From a virus, in IMG/VR virus record IMGVR_UViG_3300045988_119927: a stretch of DNA of 60,851 bases. The stretch is one strand, 5' to 3'. The notes below the pieces were generated by a model. The model saw only the letters and a list, made by a program, of their open reading frames with translations, made no database searches and had not been told where the DNA came from. Shown here piece by piece: positions 1 to 8,417 of the stretch (position 1 is its first letter; each line of letters starts with the position of its first letter). The translations under genes and the position numbers were made by a program.

Positions 1-55
1 CTGCTGGAAGAATTTACACACAGCGCTGTATCAAATAATTTTTGATGATACGCTG
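1..55. repeat. Terminal direct repeat, copy 1 (identical to 60797-60851)
   Basis: The 55-bp string ctgctggaagaatttacacacagcgctgtatcaaataatttttgatgatacgctg occurs at both window ends, which indicates a circular or circularly permuted genome, or an assembly overlap. Confidence 0.95.
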
Positions 56-109
56 GTTTTGAATGTGGTTAGATGCGGTTTGAAGTGCTTAGATGTACAC
101 AACTCGTAT

Positions 110-131
110 ATTATTCCTGCATTATTCCTGC
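110..131 (+). repeat. Tandem 11-bp repeat ATTATTCCTGC x2 next to the integrase 3' end (possible arm-type site)
   Basis: Direct reading: attattcctgc attattcctgc. TTAGATG also occurs twice nearby, at 69-75 and 89-95. Confidence 0.7.
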
Positions 132-184
132 ACCAAAAACCTACATGATGAATTTCTCGTACTCCCACATTCGGATTCATTTGA

Positions 185-1405
185 TTACTTGATCTTCTCG
201 ATTTCAGTTCGAAGCCAGTCCATATCGGGCTTGATGTAGTATTTCTCTGTGATGTCATCAATGTAATGGCCAAGTATTTTTTTCAAGGCATACTGATCGA
301 CCTCAGACTTCTTGGCCATGGTTGCGAACTGGACACGGCCATCATGTGGGCGATGATTTTTATTTAGCCCAAGAGCGTCGCGGGCTTCATTGAATCGAGC
401 ATAATAGCGGTCGTAGGTATAAGGCTTCCCGGGCTGGGTGTCGGACGGAAACATATATTTGCATCCGGACGAAACTGCTTCATTATAGTATCGCTCTATG
501 AAATGAAAAATTTTCGAGTGGATCGGAACGACTCGGTTTTTACCGGAAATCGTTTTGGAGCCTCCATGAAATGTTTTATTATCCAGGTCGATGTCTGTAA
601 CTCGCATACTTAGCAGTTCATTAGGCCGCCATCCGGAGTAGAACTGTATCAGCGTGATGTCTAGATATGGATATTTCTCCAACGACTTCCAAATGAGAGC
701 GACCTCTGCATCTGTATAAGGGATGTGACTTTTATCAACACGAGAGGTCTCTTCCTGGTCGATTCTGGAAAGCGAGAATGCTCGGGCATAGTTCTGATTG
801 ACCAGCTCATTTTGAACTGCGTAGTCATACATGAGATTGAGCAGACTCTTTATCCGGCCTTTCGCAGAGCGGGGAAGTTCGATTTCATCTCCGCTCTTGT
901 ATGTTGTGGCTTCATCAATGGCAAGCTTTAACTGAGGCACCCGCATCTGCTGAAGTTTTAGGTTGTGGATCTTGCGAAGGTACCTCCAGCAGCATTCGGT
1001 TTTCTCAACCATCTTATCGCCGACATGAGTTTTATAGTCGGCAAGCCACATCTGATAAAGCTTATCCATTGTGATGTCGCTGTCAAGACTATATGGATTT
1101 TTGTTGTATTCCACAAGCGCAAGATAGGCTTCATTGTAGGTTTCAAAATAAGACTGCGGCTGAAGCGGCTTGCAGATAGGACGGCCCTCCGAAGTCTTGT
1201 CTACGGTGACAAGGACTCTGAAGGGCTTTCTTAGATTACGCCCCTTTATCTCAGAAATCTGTCCAAATCCATTGGGCAGTCTACGGCGTTTATTTGCTTT
1301 TCTAGGATAGACCCGCGCATCTTTTTTCAAGGGGAACCCACAGTGTGGACAGACGAGCGCTTTGCTTGATATTTGCAATTCACACTCTGGACAGGTGGTC
1401 AACAT
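185..1405 (-). CDS. int: Tyrosine recombinase / phage integrase with N-terminal zinc ribbon
   Basis: 406-aa ORF and the only long minus-strand gene. It has a CPEC..CPHC zinc ribbon at the N-terminus and a C-terminal HRPHDGR...LGH...Y pattern typical of tyrosine recombinases. Confidence 0.85.
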   Translation of the reverse strand: MLTTCPECELQISSKALVCPHCGFPLKKDARVYPRKANKRRRLPNGFGQISEIKGRNLRKPFRVLVTVDKTSEGRPICKPLQPQSYFETYNEAYLALVEYNKNPYSLDSDITMDKLYQMWLADYKTHVGDKMVEKTECCWRYLRKIHNLKLQQMRVPQLKLAIDEATTYKSGDEIELPRSAKGRIKSLLNLMYDYAVQNELVNQNYARAFSLSRIDQEETSRVDKSHIPYTDAEVALIWKSLEKYPYLDITLIQFYSGWRPNELLSMRVTDIDLDNKTFHGGSKTISGKNRVVPIHSKIFHFIERYYNEAVSSGCKYMFPSDTQPGKPYTYDRYYARFNEARDALGLNKNHRPHDGRVQFATMAKKSEVDQYALKKILGHYIDDITEKYYIKPDMDWLRTEIEKIK

Positions 1406-1585
1406 AAGAAAAATACCTCCTTTTTGGCTCTGAATTCTATTCTAGATTAAACGATTCTATGTCATTTGTCAACTCTCCTATGTGAAGAAAAATAAAAACA
1501 GTACGCACTGCCCCGTTCTTTCCCTAAAATATGCTAATAGGACGTGATACGCTGTCCTTAGATATTTTTGAAGGGAGAACACAGT

Positions 1586-1843
1586 ATGAATGAATTGATA
1601 TTTCCGACCGGGTCAGTGCCTGTCTCCATCGCTGCCAGGGTATACGGAAGGGACCCCTCATGGGTGAGGGCGGGAATCATTGCGGGGTGGCTGCCCATTG
1701 GAAAAGCTACCCGAAACGGAAAACTTGTGACCGATGTGAAAGAGATGAACGCTAAACTCGGGCGTATCAACTTTTATATTTCGCCCAAGGCACTCTATGA
1801 GCAAACTGGATTTTTGTGGAGGGGTAAGCATGGCACACGTTGA
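1586..1843 (+). CDS. Small putative DNA-binding protein (Xis/HTH-like)
   Basis: ATG lies 7 nt after GGGAGAA. It is divergent from int. The segment VSIAARVYGRDPSWVRAGIIAG resembles an HTH. Confidence 0.35.
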   Translation: MNELIFPTGSVPVSIAARVYGRDPSWVRAGIIAGWLPIGKATRNGKLVTDVKEMNAKLGRINFYISPKALYEQTGFLWRGKHGTR

Positions 1844-2240
1844 ACTTTCTGAGCGGAATCCCTACTATATCTCAAAGCATCGCTACTACGAGCTCAAGCA
1901 CTTCTGCCTCCAATATCCCGAGTGGGAAGAAGCAATGGCACTCCTGAACGGATGGAAGTCGAGGCCGGAAGAACTGCAGACCGTCACGATGAGAGGAAGC
2001 CGCGTCTCGAATCCGACGGAGCAGGTGGGCATTGCGCGGGCCTTCTTTGCGAAGCGTATTGACCTCGTGAAGCACTGTCTCGATGAGGTAGAGCCGGCCG
2101 TAGCGCCCTTCGTTCTAAAAGGGGCTACAGAATGCGTACCTTATGATATTCTGCGCATTCAGGGCTGCCCCTGCTGCCGCGAAAGCTACTACGAGCAGTA
2201 TCGGAAGTTCTTCTGGGTATTGAGTATCGAACGCGGGTAA
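1830..2240 (+). CDS. Putative phage transcriptional regulator (RinA/ArpU/DUF1492-like)
   Basis: RBS GGAGGGG precedes the ATG. The N-terminus NPYYISKHRYYELKHFCLQYPEW resembles small sigma-like phage activators. The assignment is tentative. Confidence 0.3.
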   Translation: MAHVELSERNPYYISKHRYYELKHFCLQYPEWEEAMALLNGWKSRPEELQTVTMRGSRVSNPTEQVGIARAFFAKRIDLVKHCLDEVEPAVAPFVLKGATECVPYDILRIQGCPCCRESYYEQYRKFFWVLSIERG

Positions 2241-2269
2241 CGCGAAAATTTCAGGCTCCTTTATGGAGG
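2241..2269 (+). promoter_or_regulatory. Class-C promoter-like element
   Basis: Sequence CGCGAAAATTTCAGGCTCCTTTATGGAGG, directly after a stop codon and 9 nt before start 2278. Confidence 0.5.
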
Positions 2270-2277
2270 TGATTTAC

Positions 2278-2451
2278 ATGAGTAATGATATGGATCGTGT
2301 ATGGCAAGCAATGATAGAGGCTGCTTTGGAAGTGCAAAATGCTGTTATGAAATACTTAATGCGAAGGGCAGCAGCAGAGGCAGTCAAAATTCCTGAAGAA
2401 TGCTACGACGAACAGATAACAAAGAAAGCTCATGATGTGACTGATAATTAA
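2278..2451 (+). CDS. Hypothetical small protein
   Basis: ORF-track frame 2263-2451. ATG 2278 has GGAGG 8 nt upstream. A terminator follows. Confidence 0.4.
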   Translation: MSNDMDRVWQAMIEAALEVQNAVMKYLMRRAAAEAVKIPEECYDEQITKKAHDVTDN

Positions 2452-2458
2452 ATTGAAA

Positions 2459-2492
2459 GAGCCGTGGAGAAATCTGCGGCTCTTTCTTTTTT
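2459..2492 (+). terminator. Conserved-family rho-independent terminator (T1)
   Basis: GAGCCGTGG-AGAAAT-CTGCGGCTC followed by TTTCTTTTTT. Confidence 0.75.
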
Positions 2493-2499
2493 GTGCAGG

Positions 2500-2527
2500 C
2501 GCGAAAAAATCATGATATATTATGGAG
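2500..2527 (+). promoter_or_regulatory. Class-C promoter-like element abutting the tRNA-like gene
   Basis: Sequence CGCGAAAAAATCATGATATATTATGGAG. Its 3' end overlaps the 5' end of the tRNA-like sequence. Confidence 0.45.
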
Positions 2528-2595
2528 AAGATAGCTCAGCATGGTAGAGCGCCGCTTAACTGCGGAGGTCATGGGTCCAAATCCCATTCTTTTCT
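2525..2595 (+). tRNA. tRNA-like gene with aberrant anticodon arm (isotype unresolved)
   Basis: Acceptor GAGAAGA/TCTTTTC, D arm GCTC..GAGC and T arm ATGGG-TCCAAAT-CCCAT fold as a cloverleaf. The anticodon arm is only CCGC-TTAACT-GCGG (4 bp plus a 6-nt loop), and the T-loop reads TCC instead of TTC. Confidence 0.45.
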
Positions 2596-2617
2596 TTTTT
2601 TCCTATTCTAAGTTAGA

Positions 2618-2646
2618 CGCGAAAAACTCTGCTTCTTTTATGGAAG
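2618..2646 (+). promoter_or_regulatory. Class-C promoter-like element
   Basis: Sequence CGCGAAAAACTCTGCTTCTTTTATGGAAG, upstream of ORF 2650. Confidence 0.5.
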
Positions 2647-2649
2647 AAG

Positions 2650-2919
2650 ATGTCTTCCGAAGAACGAAAGGAGATTTTTACGATGCATTACAAGAGAGTA
2701 AAGGCTACTTACGACAGAGGTTATGTGAACGCAATGGACAAGATCCGTGTGTTTATCGAGAGCAACCAGAAAGTTATGTACATTGGTACAGGCGAGTATG
2801 CGAATGCCTCGACAGCACAGGTATCTTACACGAACGCGATAAACTTGATCCGGGCAAGTGGCCTGGTGCGAGCGGCTTGTAACAGAGGAGAATTATTTTT
2901 GATTCGCAACGACATCTGA
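2650..2919 (+). CDS. Hypothetical protein
   Basis: 89-aa ORF. An alternative in-frame start at 2683 has a better RBS (AAGGAG). Terminator T2 follows. Confidence 0.5.
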   Translation: MSSEERKEIFTMHYKRVKATYDRGYVNAMDKIRVFIESNQKVMYIGTGEYANASTAQVSYTNAINLIRASGLVRAACNRGELFLIRNDI

Positions 2920-2927
2920 GCCGTAAA

Positions 2928-2960
2928 GGGCTGTGGAGAAATCTACAGCTCTTTATTTTT
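2928..2960 (+). terminator. Conserved-family terminator (T2)
   Basis: GGGCTGTGG-AGAAAT-CTACAGCTC followed by TTTATTTTT. Confidence 0.75.
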
Positions 2961-3009
2961 CATCACGCACTGGACCGCCCGCAATGATATTTTGATAAAG
3001 GAGAAACGT

Positions 3010-3258
3010 ATGGACACCTATTTCGTCTATCTTATTTTCGCAATGGTAATCGGCTTTGCACTCGGCATGATGTTCTGCCGTCACATAGGAGATGTCAATC
3101 ATTCGGTCGGGGAGCTTATCATCGGTGAACCGGACGATCCCGACTGGCCGTATCTCTCGCTGAGTCTCGACGAGGAGGTGACAGATTTCGAGGGCGAGGA
3201 GTACGTTGTTCTGCGGGTAAATAAACTTGATCTCGCGCGAAAAAATCAGGGTGCTTAA
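3010..3258 (+). CDS. Hypothetical membrane protein
   Basis: RBS AAAGGAG lies 6 nt upstream. The N-terminal hydrophobic helix is YFVYLIFAMVIGFALGMMF. Confidence 0.45.
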   Translation: MDTYFVYLIFAMVIGFALGMMFCRHIGDVNHSVGELIIGEPDDPDWPYLSLSLDEEVTDFEGEEYVVLRVNKLDLARKNQGA

Positions 3259-3263
3259 TGGAG
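3236..3263 (+). promoter_or_regulatory. Class-C promoter-like element (overlaps the 3' end of ORF 3010-3258)
   Basis: Sequence CGCGAAAAAATCAGGGTGCTTAATGGAG. Confidence 0.45.
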
Positions 3264-3298
3264 AAAACTCCGAATTTACTTTGTAAAGGAGAATCAAA

Positions 3299-3703
3299 AT
3301 GGAAAACTACGAAAACAAAGAATTGCTGAAAGACGCGGCGAAAAAATCGCTGGAAAGTCTCAAAGACATGAAGCCGGGTACGGACGAGTACGACAAAGCA
3401 GCAAACATGGCGTTGAAGCTGTACGACATGCAGCTCAAGGATGAGGCGCAGGAAACCGAAAAGCAGCTGAAAGAGGACGAGTTCGTGCGGAAGGAACACG
3501 AAATCGAACTCGATCAGGCGAAAACGGCGAAATCGCGCAAGCTTGAGTGGGCAAAGATCGGCATGAAAGCTGTGGGCGGCGTGTTTACGGTTGGCTTGAC
3601 TGTATACTGGTCGATCTGCGAGGCTGGCGGTGTGACGCAGCTGTCGAGAGCAATCGGTGAAGGAGTCCGTGAGATGAGAAAAGGCTTTATAGAAAAAGAG
3701 TAA
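3299..3703 (+). CDS. Hypothetical protein (coiled-coil N-terminus, C-terminal TM)
   Basis: 134-aa ORF. The start ATG is embedded in GGAGAATCAAAATGG. Confidence 0.55.
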   Translation: MENYENKELLKDAAKKSLESLKDMKPGTDEYDKAANMALKLYDMQLKDEAQETEKQLKEDEFVRKEHEIELDQAKTAKSRKLEWAKIGMKAVGGVFTVGLTVYWSICEAGGVTQLSRAIGEGVREMRKGFIEKE

Positions 3704-3727
3704 AGGAGGAACCGAGGAGGGTCTGTG

Positions 3728-4120
3728 ATGAAAATTGCAGACTCTCTTTATTTTTTTATGAGGTATCACAACGATGTTCCAAAGGAATGGACGAACTACT
3801 ACGGAAGTGTATACCGATGCAACCATCCGGTCTATCGTGTGAGCACTTTATATTTTGAGCATGGGAAGGGGCTCTGCGTCATCCAGCAACGGTTTAATGA
3901 AAAAAGTAAAACTACATATTGGGGGCCGATAGACCCGTGGCTAGCAGATAAGATATACCTCCATGAAGGATTCAAGGAGTATTTTGACCACCATGCCAAG
4001 AGAAGAAATCAAAATGGCGAGTATCCAACGGTCACGGTCCGGCAGATCATGTGGGCGCTGCGGATGAAGCCTTTGCGCAAAGAACGCTGGGAGACCGTGT
4101 TTGACCGAAGCTTGATTTGA
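3728..4120 (+). CDS. Hypothetical protein
   Basis: ORF-track frame 3725-4120. ATG 3728 follows GAGGAGGG. Confidence 0.55.
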   Translation: MKIADSLYFFMRYHNDVPKEWTNYYGSVYRCNHPVYRVSTLYFEHGKGLCVIQQRFNEKSKTTYWGPIDPWLADKIYLHEGFKEYFDHHAKRRNQNGEYPTVTVRQIMWALRMKPLRKERWETVFDRSLI

Positions 4121-4135
4121 GAAAGGACGGTTTGT

Positions 4136-4570
4136 ATGTGCAAGTATTGTGATGCAGGTGCCATGCTCAGAAGCAGCGGCGTGGAGCTTCCGGGAGGACT
4201 GAAAGCTGCGATGGCACTTTGGATAACATGGAGGAAAGAGGGAACTCCTATTATTCGGGCTAAAATTGACTATGGCACCAAGGATAAAAATTTTAGGGGT
4301 TGTGCTGCCAGCCGTATTCCTGCTTGCAGCGTGGAGATCAAATACTGTCCGTTCTGCGGAAAAAAATTATTAAAAGACCCTATTTTTCCGCAAATGGCAG
4401 AAGAAAGTGCAATAGAAATCGCAAAAGACCCCGAACATGGCCCAGCAATCTTATACTGGTTCAAATCGGAATCCGGGTATTGGGCGGTAGACAACAGAAA
4501 CCATAGTGCATTTTCGATGTGCTTTTTGTCAAAAGAAGAGTGCCTCGCATATCTCGCTGCGAACGCCTGA
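4136..4570 (+). CDS. Hypothetical Cys-containing protein
   Basis: 144-aa ORF with MCKYC and a CPFCGKK zinc-ribbon-like pair. Confidence 0.55.
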   Translation: MCKYCDAGAMLRSSGVELPGGLKAAMALWITWRKEGTPIIRAKIDYGTKDKNFRGCAASRIPACSVEIKYCPFCGKKLLKDPIFPQMAEESAIEIAKDPEHGPAILYWFKSESGYWAVDNRNHSAFSMCFLSKEECLAYLAANA

Positions 4571-4598
4571 CGCGAAAAATTCTCCTTATATTATGGGA
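4571..4598 (+). promoter_or_regulatory. Class-C promoter-like element
   Basis: Sequence CGCGAAAAATTCTCCTTATATTATGGGA, immediately after the TGA stop. Confidence 0.45.
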
Positions 4599-4623
4599 TA
4601 AAGCCCGAAACAAAGGAGAACAT

Positions 4624-4764
4624 ATGATGAACGAATCTATTGGCAAGAAAATTTGGAACTATACGATTTCGGTCGGGCAGGTCATTACGACATTCCTGAT
4701 CGGGTGCGCTGTGGCACTCGTGATGTGGCTGTTCGTACAGATTTTCCGGCCGTCGAAAGACTGA
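4624..4764 (+). CDS. Small membrane protein
   Basis: RBS AAGGAG lies 6 nt upstream. It has one TM helix, VITTFLIGCAVALVMWLFV. Confidence 0.4.
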   Translation: MMNESIGKKIWNYTISVGQVITTFLIGCAVALVMWLFVQIFRPSKD

Positions 4765-4813
4765 TATTTTACGATAGACCGGCAAACGACAAGAAACTGG
4801 CTTTATCCGAAGA

Positions 4814-4850
4814 GAGCTTATGGAAACATGGGCTCTTTCTTTTATATTTT
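4814..4850 (+). terminator. Conserved-family terminator variant (T8)
   Basis: GAGCTTAT-GGAAAC-ATGGGCTC followed by TTTCTTTTATATTTTT. Confidence 0.6.
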
Positions 4851-4862
4851 TGGAGGTGCTTT

Positions 4863-5069
4863 ATGAAATACTTTACGAACAACGAGATGAAGGAAATTGC
4901 TGTCAAATTTATGAAAGAGCGTGTGTTGTATTATAAGTGGAACACCATGCTCTCTCTGCATGAAAAGTTTAAAAGCAAGAGCAAAAAGCCCTACGAGCCG
5001 TTCGAGAAATGCTTGTCGGATTGGCTTCGGGCACGAGAGGAGTTTATGAAAGCAATTAACCATCAGTAA
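4863..5069 (+). CDS. Hypothetical protein
   Basis: ATG follows TTTTTGGAGGTGCTTT. 68 aa. Confidence 0.45.
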   Translation: MKYFTNNEMKEIAVKFMKERVLYYKWNTMLSLHEKFKSKSKKPYEPFEKCLSDWLRAREEFMKAINHQ

Positions 5070-5087
5070 GTGCCACAGTAGTTTCAA

Positions 5088-5116
5088 CGCGAAAATTTCA
5101 GTTTGCTTTATGGAGG
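5088..5116 (+). promoter_or_regulatory. Class-C promoter-like element
   Basis: Sequence CGCGAAAATTTCAGTTTGCTTTATGGAGG. Confidence 0.5.
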
Positions 5117-5147
5117 TAAGAGGGCTTACATTGAAAGGAGAAAACCT

Positions 5148-5312
5148 ATGATGAAAGCTATTAAGAACTTTATGAACGACTGGTTTAAGACACTGGGTTA
5201 TGCATGTACGTGTACTGCCGTTATTTACGGAAGCATGTATGCATGGAATAAGTGGAAGGAAAAACGAGCACTCAAGAAGATGAAAGAGAGCAATCTGGAG
5301 GATAATATCTGA
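5148..5312 (+). CDS. Small membrane protein
   Basis: RBS AAAGGAG lies 7 nt upstream. It has a TM segment, LGYACTCTAVIYGSMYAW. Confidence 0.4.
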   Translation: MMKAIKNFMNDWFKTLGYACTCTAVIYGSMYAWNKWKEKRALKKMKESNLEDNI

Positions 5313-5362
5313 TAGATACACGCCCTCTTATCTTTTTTCATTTTATTTTTGGAGGTTGAACA

Positions 5363-5587
5363 ATGGAGGACATTATGATCATCCGCTCGGGCTTTATGCG
5401 CCGTATCATCTCGCAGATCATCAACAAGGCGCTGAAAAAGCAGATGCCTGGCATTGAGGTGGAGCTGAAGGACATTCAGGCAAACTGGCTGGACAAGGAA
5501 CAGAAGGTACATGTCCATCTGGAATTGGACGCCGACGTAACGAAGGCTCAGCTCAACACCATTTTGAAGAATGCCGGGGTGCTGTGA
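5363..5587 (+). CDS. Hypothetical protein
   Basis: 74 aa. It has the conserved leader TTTTTGGAGGTTGAACAATG. Confidence 0.45.
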   Translation: MEDIMIIRSGFMRRIISQIINKALKKQMPGIEVELKDIQANWLDKEQKVHVHLELDADVTKAQLNTILKNAGVL

Positions 5588-5614
5588 CGCGAAATTTTCA
5601 GTGCGCTTTATGAG
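5588..5614 (+). promoter_or_regulatory. Class-C promoter-like element
   Basis: Sequence CGCGAAATTTTCAGTGCGCTTTATGAG, immediately after the TGA stop. Confidence 0.45.
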
Positions 5615-5654
5615 ATGGTTAGTCTCAGAATTATATTTTGGAGGTTGAACAATT

Positions 5655-5876
5655 ATGAAGAAAGCATTGAAAATTGGTATTATGGGAATAATTGGATTTA
5701 TGCTGTTTGTATATGGAGGACTGAACGGATACTGCATGGCATGGAGTAGACTCTATGATAGAGGAAACTACATTGGTGCAGACGGACTTTCTTATATTAC
5801 AAGGCATACTTTCAAACCCGTATTTGCCAAGTACGTGGACTTCTTTATAGCAAGTTATGCCAAATTGAAGAACTGA
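5655..5876 (+). CDS. Hypothetical membrane protein
   Basis: 73 aa. It has the leader TTTTGGAGGTTGAACAATTATG and an N-terminal TM. Confidence 0.45.
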   Translation: MKKALKIGIMGIIGFMLFVYGGLNGYCMAWSRLYDRGNYIGADGLSYITRHTFKPVFAKYVDFFIASYAKLKN

Positions 5877-5882
5877 CTATGA

Positions 5883-5916
5883 GAGCTTACGAGAAATCGT
5901 AGGCTCTTTTATTTTT
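5883..5916 (+). terminator. Conserved-family terminator (T3)
   Basis: GAGCTTACG-AGAAAT-CGTAGGCTC followed by TTTTATTTTT. Confidence 0.75.
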
Positions 5917-5936
5917 CAAAATGGAGGTTGATAGAA

Positions 5937-6233
5937 ATGACTGTGGCCGAACGAGAAGAAAAACGGCGACTTACAAAAATTAAGGAATTAACGTATTTCA
6001 CAGAGGCTCGAAATCACTTCTTTGATCGTCTGCGTTCCTACACGGGGAAGCAATCGATACTGTGTTCGGAGAACCCCGGATGGGATACGATTCGCAAGTG
6101 CGTGATGTGGACGTATGGTGAGTGCCTTGTGACCCATATGCCCGATGATAAAAAGGAAGAGGCCAATAAATTTGCAATTCAACTGATTGATCAGATGTAC
6201 GACAAACTCGAAGAACAGGAGGTTGAACAATGA
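5937..6233 (+). CDS. Hypothetical protein
   Basis: ATG lies 9 nt after GGAGG. Same frame as ORF-track 5928-6233. Confidence 0.5.
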   Translation: MTVAEREEKRRLTKIKELTYFTEARNHFFDRLRSYTGKQSILCSENPGWDTIRKCVMWTYGECLVTHMPDDKKEEANKFAIQLIDQMYDKLEEQEVEQ

Positions 6234-7009
6234 AATTGACGAAAACATGCGCGAAATTCCTGCGCAAGCACGGCGGAACCATCCTGGCAGTGGCGGCATC
6301 CGTAGGTGTTGGGCTGACTGCTTATGAGACCCACAAGGCGGCTGTGAAGGCGACCACGCTCGTGGTCATGAACAAGGATGAGCCTATGACGAAGAAAGAG
6401 GTCGTGCAGGAGTGCTGGAAGTTTTATATTCCTGCGGCGGTCCTTGGCGGCGGCACCATCGCCTGCATCCTTGGCTCCAACACGCTGAACAAAAAGCAGA
6501 TCGCAAGCCTGAGCGCGGCTTACATGGCGCTGGGCAAGAGCTACCAGCAGTACCGCAGGCAGGTGGCAGAGCGCATTGGTGCGGAGGAAGAGGAAAAGCT
6601 GCGGATGGAGGCTGCAAAGGAGACGAAAGCCGAAGATGTCCAGCGAGACAAGGACGGCGATGTCATCCGGCTGTTCTATGAGCCCGCCTCAAAAAGATAT
6701 TTTCATGCCCCGATGTCCCGGGTCATTGAGGCATCTTATTACTTTAACCGGGAGCTGGCCACGAACGGCTGCATCTCGGTAAACGAGTGGTGCAATTATC
6801 TCTGCGCCGACGAACTGACCATAACACCCGAAGGCGACCAGATGGGGTGGTGCCTTGACCAGCTGATCTATGACTTGGACGCCTACTGGATGGATTTTGA
6901 GTACGACAAGCAGATGACCGACGACGGGTTGGAGTGCTATTATCTGGCACCGGCGCTTGACCCGGTAGAAAACTATCTTGATTATACGGAGGATACCTAT
7001 CATGCATAA
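6230..7009 (+). CDS. Membrane-anchored paralog family protein, copy 1 (DUF6353-like architecture)
   Basis: 259 aa. It has two TM helices followed by NKKQIASLSAAYMALGKSY. It aligns with ORFs 7537 and 9457. Confidence 0.65.
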   Translation: MKLTKTCAKFLRKHGGTILAVAASVGVGLTAYETHKAAVKATTLVVMNKDEPMTKKEVVQECWKFYIPAAVLGGGTIACILGSNTLNKKQIASLSAAYMALGKSYQQYRRQVAERIGAEEEEKLRMEAAKETKAEDVQRDKDGDVIRLFYEPASKRYFHAPMSRVIEASYYFNRELATNGCISVNEWCNYLCADELTITPEGDQMGWCLDQLIYDLDAYWMDFEYDKQMTDDGLECYYLAPALDPVENYLDYTEDTYHA

Positions 7010-7172
7010 AATCAACTGGTGGAAAGTGGCAAGCATCGCACTGCTGGCAGGAAGCGCACTGCTGGGCTTTGGGCATGACCTGATCGAGGACCAGAAGAGC
7101 GAGGACGAACTGCGCGACATGGTGCAGGAAGAAGTGCAGCGTCAGCTGGCTGAAAAGAACAGCACGAACTGA
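7002..7172 (+). CDS. Small membrane protein
   Basis: Its ATG overlaps the upstream stop codon. TM segment WWKVASIALLAGSALLGF. Confidence 0.4.
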   Translation: MHKINWWKVASIALLAGSALLGFGHDLIEDQKSEDELRDMVQEEVQRQLAEKNSTN

Positions 7173-7201
7173 CGCGAAAAATTCAGTCTGCTTTATGGAA
7201 G
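7173..7201 (+). promoter_or_regulatory. Class-C promoter-like element
   Basis: Sequence CGCGAAAAATTCAGTCTGCTTTATGGAAG, immediately after the TGA stop. Confidence 0.5.
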
Positions 7202-7237
7202 AAGATCCAAACTGAACAAATAAAGGAGATTTGAATT

Positions 7238-7462
7238 ATGTATAATCGCAACTATTACGCTCAGGTGGATGATGCTATGATGAAGTTATGGAAGGACTTC
7301 GGCAGGAGACTGCTGCGCGTGCTGGATGGCACGATGCGGTATGTGCTGACCCTGCCGATTCGGCTGTACGAATACATCTACGACACCATCTCCGGAGAAC
7401 TGGAAAGTCAGCGTGGAAGCAGGATTCGGTTTCAGAACTTGAAACGGGATGGACACATCTGA
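7238..7462 (+). CDS. Hypothetical protein
   Basis: 74 aa. RBS AAAGGAG is present and T4 follows. Confidence 0.4.
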   Translation: MYNRNYYAQVDDAMMKLWKDFGRRLLRVLDGTMRYVLTLPIRLYEYIYDTISGELESQRGSRIRFQNLKRDGHI

Positions 7463-7471
7463 AAAAGGCGG

Positions 7472-7504
7472 GAGCTGTAGAGAAATCTACGGCTCTTTCT
7501 TTTT
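7472..7504 (+). terminator. Conserved-family terminator (T4)
   Basis: GAGCTGTAG-AGAAAT-CTACGGCTC followed by TTTCTTTTT. Confidence 0.8.
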
Positions 7505-7536
7505 ATAAACCCATTGATATTTTTGGAGGTACGAAC

Positions 7537-8325
7537 ATGAACTTGAAAGCACTGACCAAAACAGCGAGGAAGACCCTCAGCCGGAACAGCTCGAAGATCT
7601 TACTGGGCTTAGGCATCGCAGGCGCGTTTACGGCGGTCGGCTTTGCCATCTCGGCAACGCCCAAGGCCATGATCCTTCTGGAGGAAAAAAAGCAGGAGCT
7701 GGGAGTCGAGAAGCTGGACGCCAAGACCATCATCAAGACGGCAGCGCCGGTGTACATCCCCACAGCCATCTCTATGGGCATCTCGACCGGCTGCATCATC
7801 GCAGCGAGCAGCGTCAACGACCGGAGAAACGCTGCGCTGGCGGCAGCTTACACCATGTCGGAGACGGCTCTGCGGAGCTTTCAGGACAAGGTCGTCGAGA
7901 CGGTCGGGCCGGAGAAGGCGAAGGAGATCAAGGAAGCTGTCGCGCTGGACAATATGGCGAAATGCCCGGAGCCGAAGAATCCTCCTGTGGCAACGCCCCA
8001 GAAGCCCGGCGTCGGCAACGACTTTTATAACGAACCGGTCAAATGCTGGGAGAGCCTTTCCGGGACATACTTTTTCACGTCCAGAAACATGCTGGAAAAA
8101 GCCGTCAACGGCGTGAACAAGCAGCTGCTCAGCGATTTCCGGGTCACCGAAAACGACCTGTTCGACTATCTGGGCATCGACCACAACAGGAACGGCGACC
8201 TTCTGGGCTGGGACACGGAAACGACTCTGGAAATCAGCACCTTCTATACATCGAAACTGGATGAGGATGGAACGCCCTGTCTTGTGCTGGATTACAGCAC
8301 TCCTCCCAAGTGGCTGGGGTATTGA
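7537..8325 (+). CDS. Membrane-anchored paralog family protein, copy 2
   Basis: ATG follows GGAGGTACGAAC. Two TM helices are followed by NDRRNAALAAAYTMSETAL. The long upstream extension in the ORF track (from 7288) is unlikely to be translated. Confidence 0.65.
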   Translation: MNLKALTKTARKTLSRNSSKILLGLGIAGAFTAVGFAISATPKAMILLEEKKQELGVEKLDAKTIIKTAAPVYIPTAISMGISTGCIIAASSVNDRRNAALAAAYTMSETALRSFQDKVVETVGPEKAKEIKEAVALDNMAKCPEPKNPPVATPQKPGVGNDFYNEPVKCWESLSGTYFFTSRNMLEKAVNGVNKQLLSDFRVTENDLFDYLGIDHNRNGDLLGWDTETTLEISTFYTSKLDEDGTPCLVLDYSTPPKWLGY

Positions 8326-8341
8326 TATTTTGAGACCCCGG

Positions 8342-8370
8342 CGCGAAAAATTCAGCTTGCTTTATGGAGG
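8342..8370 (+). promoter_or_regulatory. Class-C promoter-like element
   Basis: Sequence CGCGAAAAATTCAGCTTGCTTTATGGAGG. Confidence 0.5.
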
Positions 8371-8417
8371 TAATACTCCGACATTATAAACTTATTTATA
8401 AGAAAGAGGTAACAAAA

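Noticed and set aside
2525-2595. A suppressor tRNA and stop-codon reassignment, considered because the anticodon-loop region contains TTA/TAA.
   Set aside because: All large late genes (terL, portal, capsid, the 2319-aa TMP) are intact under the standard code with no in-frame stops. The loop register is also ambiguous. The tRNA-like sequence is kept only as an oddity.
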